This document shows positions 1-8,475 of a stretch of DNA of 64,000 nt, in pieces; the first letter of the stretch is position 1; every line of letters begins with the position of its first letter. The DNA is from Candidatus Bathyarchaeia archaeon (lineage in GTDB: Archaea; Thermoproteota; Bathyarchaeia; Bathyarchaeales; Bathycorpusculaceae). The notes under the pieces were generated by a model. It was not told the origin of the DNA, did no database searches, and saw nothing but the letters and a program-made list of their open reading frames with translations. Made by a program: the position numbers and the translations under genes. The DNA lies in contig JAVZNT010000003.1 in the NCBI GenBank assembly GCA_038882655.1, positions 1 through 64,000 of the forward strand, read 5' to 3'.

Positions 1-627
1 TGCTGGTTTTGGCTTGAAGCCTCCTCTAAACTTTTGCGGGGCAACCCTCTGCCTTTCCAGGTTCTTAAGTCTAGCATAAAGCTTTGCAATCTTTGTTTTC
101 GAAGGCCTCTTGCGATGCATAATCCTTGATGGCGGCGGTGTAAACGGTTTTTTAGGCTTCTCAACATCTTTTTTCCTTGAAATGACCGCACTTTGAGGAC
201 TTTTCCCTTTTCGGAAGATTACATAGCCCTCTTTTAGGTTTACTTCGCTAGTTTTCCATCCGATGTCAAGCCAAGCCTTAGCATGTGCATTGTTAGGCGA
301 GTTTGCCCACCAGTTTTCAGAGCGGTAAGCCTCCATTGGAAGGTTATCCCCAATAATCCCGTCAATTTGAGCGAAGGAAAGTTTAACAGAGTCTGTGAAA
401 GCCGCCCTAAACTTCAAATATCCCTTAAGTGGCTCATATTTGGCTTTAGGCTTTGGAAAAACAATCCTCTGCGCGCAGTTTAAGCAGAGCAATCTTGAAG
501 CGTCTCCGGTTGCCACCTCCGGAACCATACAGTCGATGCAGAAAAGTCTGCCGCACTTCCAACAGCGCCTAAGATAACTGTATGGGAGAACCCTTCCACA
601 GAGATGGCACTCATCCTTTAAGGGCAT
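1..627 (-). CDS. Cys-rich zinc-finger protein with a conserved uncharacterised domain (DUF7662-like); runs off the window edge
   Basis: Not in the ORF track. Translated by hand from ATG at 627: MPLKDECHLCGRVLPYSYLRRCWKCGRLFCIDC...CLNCAQ (four CxxC), then KYEPLKGYL...LSFAQIDGIIGDNLP..AY...WWAN...AWL..GW. No stop found before position 1. Confidence 0.75.
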   Translation of the reverse strand, partial: MPLKDECHLCGRVLPYSYLRRCWKCGRLFCIDCMVPEVATGDASRLLCLNCAQRIVFPKPKAKYEPLKGYLKFRAAFTDSVKLSFAQIDGIIGDNLPMEAYRSENWWANSPNNAHAKAWLDIGWKTSEVNLKEGYVIFRKGKSPQSAVISRKKDVEKPKKPFTPPPSRIMHRKRPSKTKIAKLYARLKNLERQRVAPQKFRGGFKPKPA

Positions 628-774
628 CAAACCCACTTTAGTCGCGTGCAAACGATTAAACCATAACTGCACATATAGACTTTTCTAGCCTAAATAGGCT
701 AATCGCATTTAAAGTGTTCGGAATCTACAATAATATTTATAGCCATCTACCAACACGCCACAAATCGTGGATTC

Positions 775-1137
775 ATGCTTTTCAGCGAATACCTCCATGA
801 AAAGGCTGAAGAATCAAGGCATAATGAGACAATAGGATACCTAATAACCATAATAGGCTCAATATTCTTCGTCGGAGGGCTCCTAGAAACCGCCATAACA
901 GTCGAAAACCCAGAATGGTTCCTAATAATACCATACCATTTAACATCCCACCCATACAGCCTTTTGGGCTTATCCCTAACACTGGTAGGCATAGCGCTCC
1001 TAATTCTAGGCATAGCTCTAAGCATCCACTATGCAAAGGAAAGAACATGGTATATGAAACAGCTCCAAAAGGCGCACACAGTCGAAGAGCTAAAACTAAA
1101 GAGGGAAGAAAAAGAGGCTGAGAGGAAAGCAAATTAA
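775..1137 (+). CDS. Uncharacterised 2-TM membrane protein; paralog of 62851..63246
   Basis: Two hydrophobic helices and a charged tail; shares YLHEKAEESRHNET and NPEWF.(I/F)IPY with the ORF at 62851..63246. Confidence 0.8.
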   Translation: MLFSEYLHEKAEESRHNETIGYLITIIGSIFFVGGLLETAITVENPEWFLIIPYHLTSHPYSLLGLSLTLVGIALLILGIALSIHYAKERTWYMKQLQKAHTVEELKLKREEKEAERKAN

Positions 1138-1170
1138 TACAGCCCTCCATTGATATTATTTTGGCCGAGG

Positions 1171-1248
1171 GCTCCGGTAGTATAGTCCGGTCAAGTATAG
1201 CGGCCTCTCGAGCCGCGGACCCGGGTTCAAATCCCGGCCGGAGCACCA
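1171..1248 (+). tRNA. tRNA-Glu (anticodon CTC), CCA encoded, no intron
   Basis: Acceptor GCTCCGG/CCGGAGC, anticodon arm GCGGC-CT-CTC-GA-GCCGC, T-arm CCGGG-TTCAAAT-CCCGG, ends ACCA. Confidence 0.97.
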
Positions 1249-1298
1249 TGCTTCGTTTATAAACAATGTTATGGACTGTTTATTGAGGGAGTGTCCAT

Positions 1299-2177
1299 AT
1301 GCATGTCCCTGTCATGAAGGACTATGTTATCCGTTTTCTCGATCCTAAACCAGATGAGGATTTTGTTGATTGCACAGTTGGTGAAGGTGGCCACGCTATG
1401 GCTATTTTGGAGCGTACTAGGCCATCCGGCATAGTTTTGGGGATAGATGCTGACCCTATAATTTTGAGGGTGCTTAAGCGGAAAGTTGAAGGTACAGATT
1501 ATGAAAAACGTTTGGCCCTTGTTTGTGGTAACTTTGCTAACCTAAACGAAATAGTTGAGAAATACGCCTTTAAGCGTGTTTCTGGGGTTTTGTTTGATTT
1601 AGGTTTATCAAGTTGGCATTTAGAGGAAAGTCGTCGAGGGTTTTCTTTTCTTCGGAACGAGCCGCTTGACATGCGATATAGCCTTGAAAACACATTAACT
1701 GCTGATGTTATAGTGAATTTTTGGAGCTTAAGGGATATTGAGAGAATTTTAAGGATTTATGGGCAGGAGAGGTTTGCGCGAAGAATTGCTGGGGAAATTG
1801 TGCGATCCAGACCATTAAGGACGACTGTGGATTTGGTTATGGCTATTGAAAGGGCAACACCATCGTGGTATCATAAAGGGAGAATCCATTTTGCTACTAA
1901 AACCTTTCAAGCTTTGAGAATAGCGGTAAACAGCGAGTTGGAAAATTTGGAGAGGGCTTTGCCTCAGGCTCTCGACATAATAGGTGAGGGTGGCAGACTT
2001 GTAGTTATCTCTTTCCATTCCCTAGAAGACCGCATTGTCAAAAATTTTCTTCGGGAAAAGTTTAGGGCGGGAATCGTTAAAATTTTGACAAAAAAGCCCG
2101 TCCGACCTTCTAAAGAGGAAGTTACAGAAAATCCTAGATCTAGGTCGGCGAAACTGAGGGCTGCGTTAAAGGTTTAA
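1299..2177 (+). CDS. rsmH: 16S rRNA m4C1402 methyltransferase RsmH/MraW (bacterial type)
   Basis: Family motifs HVPV, DCTVGEGGH, DLGLSS, PLDMR, ATKTFQALRIAVN.EL, ISFHSLEDRIVK, NPRSRSAKLR. Confidence 0.95.
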   Translation: MHVPVMKDYVIRFLDPKPDEDFVDCTVGEGGHAMAILERTRPSGIVLGIDADPIILRVLKRKVEGTDYEKRLALVCGNFANLNEIVEKYAFKRVSGVLFDLGLSSWHLEESRRGFSFLRNEPLDMRYSLENTLTADVIVNFWSLRDIERILRIYGQERFARRIAGEIVRSRPLRTTVDLVMAIERATPSWYHKGRIHFATKTFQALRIAVNSELENLERALPQALDIIGEGGRLVVISFHSLEDRIVKNFLREKFRAGIVKILTKKPVRPSKEEVTENPRSRSAKLRAALKV

Positions 2178-2180
2178 GCC

Positions 2181-2606
2181 TCAAAATGCGTTAGTGAAGT
2201 TTATGGCTTTTAACGCCTGTTCAAGTTCTTTGACTTTTGTGAGGGTTATGTCTGAGTGCATGGTTATCCATGGGCTTGGGTTCTTGATTTTGCATATGCA
2301 TATGGTTTTCTTCCCCTTCATTTTTGCATAGAAGAGTTCCATGCACGTTCCAGCTGAGAGTTTGGGTACGTAGGCGATTAAAATGTCGCATTTCTCGATG
2401 TCTTCTAAATCCCTTTTTATGAAGTCTGCTACTGGCACTTTTTTCCACCAGCCGTGTTCTGCGCCTCTGTAGATTATTTTTTCGCGTTGCCACGGGTCAA
2501 TTGGTTCGTATCCGCAGCTGATACAGATTTTTCGTATGGTTTCCCTGTAAGATTGTTTTGTCTCCATGCCTTGGATTGGTCCAGAGATGAAGGCTTTTCT
2601 CTCCAT
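2181..2606 (-). CDS. Nucleoside 2-deoxyribosyltransferase-like protein
   Basis: FISGPI, IDPW, RDLEDIEKCDILIAY, SAGTCMELFYAK..GK pattern of the NDT/Rcl fold. Confidence 0.8.
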   Translation of the reverse strand: MERKAFISGPIQGMETKQSYRETIRKICISCGYEPIDPWQREKIIYRGAEHGWWKKVPVADFIKRDLEDIEKCDILIAYVPKLSAGTCMELFYAKMKGKKTICICKIKNPSPWITMHSDITLTKVKELEQALKAINFTNAF

Positions 2607-2693
2607 GTGGTTGCGCCCTTATGTATTGTTTCATGGAAAGGATTAAGTGTTTGACGTATATTTTGGTTTTTAATCGTTGAAAGGTGCCTTAAT

Positions 2694-3965
2694 TTGGGAC
2701 TACTTGAGCCTCTAACAGCGGTGGTGGTTTCCTTTTGTTTTCTTGGCTTGCTGCTTTATAGGCGTGTGAATTTGGGAATAACACTAAACGCAACAGCCGT
2801 CCTTTTGGCTTTGCTCTCACTGGATTGGTGGAACATTCCAAACATAGCCTATATAACTGTTGACCCTCTGAGGAGTGAGGGACTTCTCGCCATATCAATT
2901 ATCATTACAACTTTCGGCATAATGTGGCTAAGCCAACTCTACAAAGAGACCGGAGAAATTGCCAAATTAAGTGAGAGTCTAAGCCGGCTAGTTAAAAACC
3001 CGAAGATCGTCTTAAGCGTGCTTCCAGCTGTGATAGGGTTTCTTCAAGTTTCTGGCGGGGCTCTAATGTCGGCTCCTATAGTGGATTCAGAGGCTGAAAA
3101 GCTGAAACTGAAGCCGGAAAAGAAGGCTTACGTGAATTTGTGGTTTAGACACACGATTTTTCCTGTTTATCCATTAAGCCAGGTGCTCATAGTGACGTCT
3201 GCCTTAACAGGGGTAGCGTTATTTTCAATTATTTTGCTTCAAATTCCAACGGTTACGGTGATGATTATTGTTGGCTTTTTGGTGGGTTTCTGGAAAGTTC
3301 CGAGCCCGGAAGGCGAAGAAAAATCTGAGATGGCAAAAACCAAAGCCGGTTTGGAGTTTAAACGATTCATTTTATCTTTCTCTCCTATAACGGCAACAAT
3401 TGTTGTGGCGGTTTTTGCAAGTGCTTTGAGTTGTGGTTTGTCGAGGCTAGGTTTCGATGTTCTAATAGCAACGTTTGCGGGATTGGTGGTTCTAGCCATA
3501 ATTTCTAGCCTGAACCGTAAAGCATTGTTGAAACCGCTTAAGGAATGGGGAATTTACGGAGTGACTTTTGCTGTTTATGGTGCCTTTTTACTTCGTAATG
3601 TTATTGTTGCTACTGGAATTTCTGAGGTTTTCAAACAGTTTGTTACTAACGGAAGTATAGACGCTGTAATACTTTTAACGGTTATACCCGCGGCTTTGGG
3701 TTTTCTTACAGGATCCCCTTACGGGGCAGTAGCCATAAGTGTACCAATTCTAACTGGCGTTCTAACTTTTTCGACAAAGACCGCTGCGCTTCTATATATT
3801 AGTGCTTATCTCTGGTACACTGTTTCGCCCACCCACCTTTGTTTCACGTTTACAGCGGACTATTTCAATAGTCCTTTGGGCAAAGTCTACAAGTATGTGA
3901 TTCCCTCATTTATAGCGACTTTTGCAACAGCCTTGTTAGTTTATTTTCTGTCCTTCTCCATTTGA
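2694..3965 (+). CDS. DUF401 family multi-pass membrane protein (putative transporter)
   Basis: About 11-12 TM helices; motifs GGALMSAP, NLWFRH..FPVYPL, SPTHLC. Confidence 0.8.
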   Translation: MGLLEPLTAVVVSFCFLGLLLYRRVNLGITLNATAVLLALLSLDWWNIPNIAYITVDPLRSEGLLAISIIITTFGIMWLSQLYKETGEIAKLSESLSRLVKNPKIVLSVLPAVIGFLQVSGGALMSAPIVDSEAEKLKLKPEKKAYVNLWFRHTIFPVYPLSQVLIVTSALTGVALFSIILLQIPTVTVMIIVGFLVGFWKVPSPEGEEKSEMAKTKAGLEFKRFILSFSPITATIVVAVFASALSCGLSRLGFDVLIATFAGLVVLAIISSLNRKALLKPLKEWGIYGVTFAVYGAFLLRNVIVATGISEVFKQFVTNGSIDAVILLTVIPAALGFLTGSPYGAVAISVPILTGVLTFSTKTAALLYISAYLWYTVSPTHLCFTFTADYFNSPLGKVYKYVIPSFIATFATALLVYFLSFSI

Positions 3966-4008
3966 AAATGCTTAAAAGTTGCAATGCTTAAGGCGTAATT
4001 TGATAAAG

Positions 4009-4281
4009 ATGGCTTTGCCGCTTGATACTGGTCTACTTTACGAGTTGGGTATAATCATAGTTTTCCTAGGCGTTATAATAGTCCTTGTGGCTTTTGTTCT
4101 ACTTTTTCTTTCAAGCATGAAAAGTGGAAAAGTGCGGGGTGGTGGAGCATTGATTATCGGACCTTTTCCAATAATTTTTGGCAGTAATAAAGAATCTGTC
4201 AAGACTATTTTATGGCTTTCAATAACACTCACATTGCTTCTTTTCGTGGTTTTCATAGTGCTTTATTTATTGGGCAGGTAA
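4009..4281 (+). CDS. DUF131 (TIGR00304) membrane protein
   Basis: GGGALIIGPFPIIFGS motif between two TM helices; ATG at 4009 preferred over TTG at 3979. Confidence 0.85.
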   Translation: MALPLDTGLLYELGIIIVFLGVIIVLVAFVLLFLSSMKSGKVRGGGALIIGPFPIIFGSNKESVKTILWLSITLTLLLFVVFIVLYLLGR

Positions 4282-4286
4282 AGTAA

Positions 4287-4580
4287 ATGACATCCAAAGA
4301 AGATGAAAGCGGAGAACACGTAGAAACCGATTGGGTTAGGCACTTTATGAAGTTGTTTTTAATAGGTTTCTTCATGATTTTGGTTGGAGTCATAATAACT
4401 GTGGTTGCTGCACTGCTATTTGGCGAAGGTGTCGGAAGTTTCGGAGGCTTTATACTTATAGGCCCATTTCCTTTTGTTTTCGGCGCTGGCCCGGAAGCCC
4501 CATGGCTTGCTTTGTTTGCCGTAATTCTTGGAATTTTAAGCATTACACTATCCTTTTTGTTATGGCGACGAAGAAGTTGA
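4287..4580 (+). CDS. DUF131 membrane protein, second tandem copy
   Basis: FGGFILIGPFPFVFG motif flanked by TM helices. Confidence 0.8.
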   Translation: MTSKEDESGEHVETDWVRHFMKLFLIGFFMILVGVIITVVAALLFGEGVGSFGGFILIGPFPFVFGAGPEAPWLALFAVILGILSITLSFLLWRRRS

Positions 4581-4597
4581 AAAGGACTATTTAAGAG

Positions 4598-4714
4598 TCA
4601 GCTTTTCTTTTCTTCTCTGCCGTAAAATATGTGCAGGAATATTAAGACTAGAACGACGAACGTTGCTGTCATCAGCACGTATTTGAGAGTTTCAAAGTAT
4701 GCTCCTATGTCCAA
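4598..4714 (-). CDS. Small single-pass membrane protein (38 aa)
   Basis: Hand translation from TTG: MDIGAYFETLKYVLMTATFVVLVLIFLHIFYGREEKKS*. AGGGGG lies just upstream, and the ORF fills the gap after the SWIM gene. Confidence 0.6.
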   Translation of the reverse strand: MDIGAYFETLKYVLMTATFVVLVLIFLHIFYGREEKKS

Positions 4715-4749
4715 TGGGAATCCCCCTTTCTAATTTTGAATTGTGGTAT

Positions 4750-5160
4750 TTAAGGAGTTGGTTTTCTCCACTCATTCATTAATGGTTCGTATAGTTTGTC
4801 ATGTTCCTCTATTTTTTCATACCATTCTAGTATGTTGGCTATCTTCTGCGCTATTAGGTGATAGCAAAGATGGATTTTTCTGTCTAGGACTCTGAAGTAG
4901 AAGTCGTCGCATGAGCAGAACTCAGCGTCTGGCATTATCAAGTAGTCCCGTTCTTTTCCAACAACCACCCAGACAACCCTTCCACTGGGCTTGAAGGTGT
5001 ACTTTTTCACTCTGTTTTCCTTTAATACTTCAAATGCCTTTGTAAAACGTTGCCCAAACACCTCATAAAGTCTGGTGAGGTTTTTCCCTGTTAGTTTGCC
5101 CTCTGCCTTAACCTCTTTACATATGACATTTAAGATATCGCTTTCGGAGTCCCCGCTCAT
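4750..5160 (-). CDS. SWIM zinc-finger protein
   Basis: FCSCDDF...LCYHLIA (CxC-xn-CxH). Confidence 0.85.
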   Translation of the reverse strand: MSGDSESDILNVICKEVKAEGKLTGKNLTRLYEVFGQRFTKAFEVLKENRVKKYTFKPSGRVVWVVVGKERDYLIMPDAEFCSCDDFYFRVLDRKIHLCYHLIAQKIANILEWYEKIEEHDKLYEPLMNEWRKPTP

Positions 5161-5202
5161 GGAGGCACAAGCTTGAAATTTACATCGTCTGCTGCGCTGT
5201 TG

Positions 5203-5799
5203 CTATTCGATTTTTAGGGGCTCGCCTTTTGGTTTTTTCTCTTCTTTTATCTTTGGAAGCTTTACCTCTAAAACTCCGTTCTTATACTGGGTCTTCGCCT
5301 CTTTCACGTTAACTTTCGCCGGAAGCGTCAACTCTTTATAATATTTCCGTTGGGGTGTGTCAACGCTTATCGTTAGTGTATCTTCTGTGCCGTGGAGCTT
5401 AACATCCTCTTTCTCAACACCTGGCAATTCAGCAACAACATGGATTTCATTGTCCGTCTCAACTATGTCGACCAGTGGTTCACGTTCCTCCTTAACTTTT
5501 GGTCCAAGACGGGTTGGCTTAACGTTTCCAAACTCTCGGATTTCTGGTTTGCCATCCGGTCCTATTTTTACACTGTAGCCGTAAACAAAGGGTCCCCACT
5601 CCTTTATTGTTGAGCCGTTTGGTAGTTTGCGTTCCCTCACATAGTCTTTTGGGATTCTTGATGTGAACTCTTTAAATTCCTCTTCCATCCACTTTTCCAT
5701 TTCTCTGAACATTCTGTCTATGTCTTCGAAGAACCAGCTTCCGAAGAATGGAAGGCGTCTCCTTTTAAACCATTCTGGAAAATCTTCTTCAGAAGGCAT
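5203..5799 (-). CDS. hsp20: Small heat-shock protein Hsp20 (archaeal type)
   Basis: GPFVYGYSV.IGPDGKP...EFGN, EPLVD, AELPGV.KED, YKNGVLEV.LPK. Confidence 0.95.
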   Translation of the reverse strand: MPSEEDFPEWFKRRRLPFFGSWFFEDIDRMFREMEKWMEEEFKEFTSRIPKDYVRERKLPNGSTIKEWGPFVYGYSVKIGPDGKPEIREFGNVKPTRLGPKVKEEREPLVDIVETDNEIHVVAELPGVEKEDVKLHGTEDTLTISVDTPQRKYYKELTLPAKVNVKEAKTQYKNGVLEVKLPKIKEEKKPKGEPLKIE

Positions 5800-5848
5800 T
5801 TTTCCACCTAGTTTAGTGTGGAAAACTTTAGTCTATAAAATCTTTGCG

Positions 5849-6694
5849 CTACTCTAAGGCTCTAAGCTGGCTTAAAGCTCCAAGAAATGTTCCATCTAGG
5901 AGGTAAATTTCCGCATTTCCCAAGTCGACAGCCTTCGTTCTCAATATCGGTCCGACAATTTTTTCGCTTTTTTCCTCTTTGCCGAAGTTTTTCTCGTTTA
6001 ACGGTTTTCCTCCCAAATACTCGTTGAAGGACGGTATTATGAAAAGCTGCGAGGTTTTAGGCTTAATTCCGTAATGTTTAAGCAATGTCTCTTGCGCATT
6101 ATTCTCAATTTTTATCTTATTCTTTTCTAACAAAATCCTTGTAAACTGCTCCTTGTTGCAGTTCGCCTTAACCCAAACCTGCCGCATTATTCTGAATCCT
6201 GCTGGATCGCGAAACGCCACAACAGGGTGAACATGCCCCATTACAAGGATTTTACATCTTAAAAGTGCTGGCGATGGCCAACGATGACCGTGGAAGAACC
6301 CCACGTCGTCTACGGTTGTTCCGGATGATGGAAGAGTCTTTATGCCCTCTGGAAGTAGTGGCTCGAGGTTTCCATCGTGATTTCCCCGAATTACATGTAT
6401 TTCTTGGACAAGTGTTTTTAGTTCTGTGAAGAAGTCTGGTACGTCGTGCCATTCGCTCATCTCTGCTGTTGCCACTGTATGCTTGACGTCGCCTATGATT
6501 AAGAGTTTTTTCGGTTTGTATAGGCTTATGAGAGTTTTTAGCTTTTGAAGGAGTTTTGGCATTTGAGTTGGAACATGGATGCCCTTTTCTGATAGGGCTA
6601 TCTCCCATCCTATGTGCAAATCCGCCACAACTAAAACTCTTGTTTTCTTTGTTTTTACAAGGGCTGCTGGGTGGGGCATTAAAGGCGTTATCAT
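5849..6694 (-). CDS. Calcineurin-like metallophosphoesterase
   Basis: ADLHIG, GDVKH, GNHD, FHGH, MGHVHP motifs. Confidence 0.9.
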   Translation of the reverse strand: MITPLMPHPAALVKTKKTRVLVVADLHIGWEIALSEKGIHVPTQMPKLLQKLKTLISLYKPKKLLIIGDVKHTVATAEMSEWHDVPDFFTELKTLVQEIHVIRGNHDGNLEPLLPEGIKTLPSSGTTVDDVGFFHGHRWPSPALLRCKILVMGHVHPVVAFRDPAGFRIMRQVWVKANCNKEQFTRILLEKNKIKIENNAQETLLKHYGIKPKTSQLFIIPSFNEYLGGKPLNEKNFGKEEKSEKIVGPILRTKAVDLGNAEIYLLDGTFLGALSQLRALE

Positions 6695-6704
6695 CGGCTC
6701 TGCT

Positions 6705-7535
6705 TCAACCCTTTCTTATTAGGCTTAAAATCTTCTCATGAATCTGCGGGTTAGCGGAAGCCACGAAGGTCAGCCTCTCCTTTGGGTCTAATTTGGCGTT
6801 TAAAGGTTTCCCGTCTGGTGTTGTGATTAGTGCTCCAGCCTCCTTCATTATCAGCCACGCAGCCGCGGTGTCTGTTGTTCTAAGTTTTCCGCGAATGTCT
6901 ATGAAAGCGTCTGTTGTTCCATCAGCTACATAGCACAGCTCTAATGCGTTGGCTCCTAGATGGCGTATGTGCTTCGTTTTTTCAATAAGGCTTGTTAGAC
7001 ACGGGACAATTTCACGCGTTTTGTAAGTGTTCAAGTCTATGCCCACTACTACGTCTTCTAAATTTGTCTGTTTTGAAGGAGCAATCTTTTGATTGTCGCA
7101 GTGTGCTCCTCTGCCCTTTTCCGCTTTGTATGTTGTACCATGAAAAAGGTCTGCCACAAGCGCCGTGTGTACAGCATTCAGCTCTGGCTTTGCTGACACA
7201 GCTATGGAAGTTGCGTAGAAGGGTATACCCCTCGTTAGGTTTGTTGTTCCATCTATTGGGTCTATTGTCACATAATTTTCGTTTGGGTTTTTGCCGTATC
7301 CCCTTATTCCAGACTCCTCGCTTATCAAGGTAAATGATATGTCCCGCTTAACAAGAGTTTCCACGATGGCTTTTTCCGCTTCTATGTCTATCTGCTTTAT
7401 AGGATCGCCGCCAGCTCCGATGCCTAGGCTTGGCTGCTGTTGTCTGCGTGCAGTTTCCAAAAGCGGGGCTATTCGCCTTTTTATGTTGTCTCTGCATTGA
7501 GTTAATATCGGCAACCAGTCGATTTCTTTTTTCAT
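6705..7535 (-). CDS. suhB: Inositol monophosphatase / FBPase (IMPase superfamily)
   Basis: SEESG, IDPIDGTTN, RHLGANALEL, D.AA motifs. Confidence 0.88.
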   Translation of the reverse strand: MKKEIDWLPILTQCRDNIKRRIAPLLETARRQQQPSLGIGAGGDPIKQIDIEAEKAIVETLVKRDISFTLISEESGIRGYGKNPNENYVTIDPIDGTTNLTRGIPFYATSIAVSAKPELNAVHTALVADLFHGTTYKAEKGRGAHCDNQKIAPSKQTNLEDVVVGIDLNTYKTREIVPCLTSLIEKTKHIRHLGANALELCYVADGTTDAFIDIRGKLRTTDTAAAWLIMKEAGALITTPDGKPLNAKLDPKERLTFVASANPQIHEKILSLIRKG

Positions 7536-7679
7536 GTTTCCTCTTTTTCCATTACAGTCGTCGTTTGATAAAGACTTTGCTGGATCAGGCTAAGTTTAAC
7601 ATTAGATTGGCATAAGTGGTCGGCAAAAAATATATGAAAACAGATGCAACAACACAATTCAAAACTGGTTTAGGAGAGA

Positions 7680-8474
7680 ATGCGCTTGGACATTATTGTT
7701 TGTGTTAAGCATGTTCCAGAAACAGCGGAAGCGGAACTCAAAATTGACGTGACTGGAAAGGGCATAGAAAAGGCTGGTTTAGTCTACGATATTAACGAGT
7801 GGGACGACTACGCCTTAGAAGAAGCTGTGCGCATAAAAGAGAAGTTCGGTGGAACGGTCACAGCCATAACAGTTGGGCCAGAAGACTCAGAAAGCACTCT
7901 ACGAAAATGCCTTGCGCGCGGCGCCGACAAGGCAATACGCCTAACAGACCCAAAGTTTGCCAGTTCAGACGCCTATGCAACCGCAAAAATCCTCCACAAC
8001 GTAATCAAAAATCTTCACTTCGACTTAATCCTCGTGGGAGCGCAGGCTGGCGACGATGGAAGCGCTGTTGTTGGCCCCGTCTTAGCCGAGCTGCTTGGCA
8101 TCCCACACGCCACAATGGTTAAGAAGATTGAGCTCAGCGACGGAAAAGCTATTGTTAACCGAGAGCTTGAAGGCGGCTTAGAAGAACGCCTAGAGGTCAA
8201 GTTACCAGCACTTTTCGCTGTTCAAACGGGCATAAATGAGCCGCGCTACGTCTCCATCATGGGAATTCGTAAGGCTATGCAGAAGGAAGTCAAAGTTATG
8301 GGATTGGCAGACATAGGTTTAAACGAAAGCGACGTGGGCGAGGCTGGTTCATGGCTGAGAATAGAACGCCTTTATGTTCCACCAGTGGAGAAGCAAGCGG
8401 AGTTCCTTAAAGGAAGCCCAGACGAGATAGCCACAAGAATTGTTGAAATCTTAAAGTCTAGGGGGCTGATTTAG
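7680..8474 (+). CDS. etfB: Electron transfer flavoprotein beta subunit
   Basis: IIVCVKHVPET, INEWD.YALEEA, GADKAI, RELEGG, INEPRY. Confidence 0.95.
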   Translation: MRLDIIVCVKHVPETAEAELKIDVTGKGIEKAGLVYDINEWDDYALEEAVRIKEKFGGTVTAITVGPEDSESTLRKCLARGADKAIRLTDPKFASSDAYATAKILHNVIKNLHFDLILVGAQAGDDGSAVVGPVLAELLGIPHATMVKKIELSDGKAIVNRELEGGLEERLEVKLPALFAVQTGINEPRYVSIMGIRKAMQKEVKVMGLADIGLNESDVGEAGSWLRIERLYVPPVEKQAEFLKGSPDEIATRIVEILKSRGLI

Positions 8475-8475
8475 A

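Noticed and set aside
782-1249. 155-aa minus-strand ORF beginning MVLRPGFEPGS
   Set aside because: Antisense translation of tRNA-Glu and of the real plus-strand membrane gene; a typical tRNA shadow ORF.
1249-2200. att-type repeat of tRNA-Glu flanking rsmH
   Set aside because: No copy of the tRNA-Glu 3' end was found downstream, and there is no integrase.
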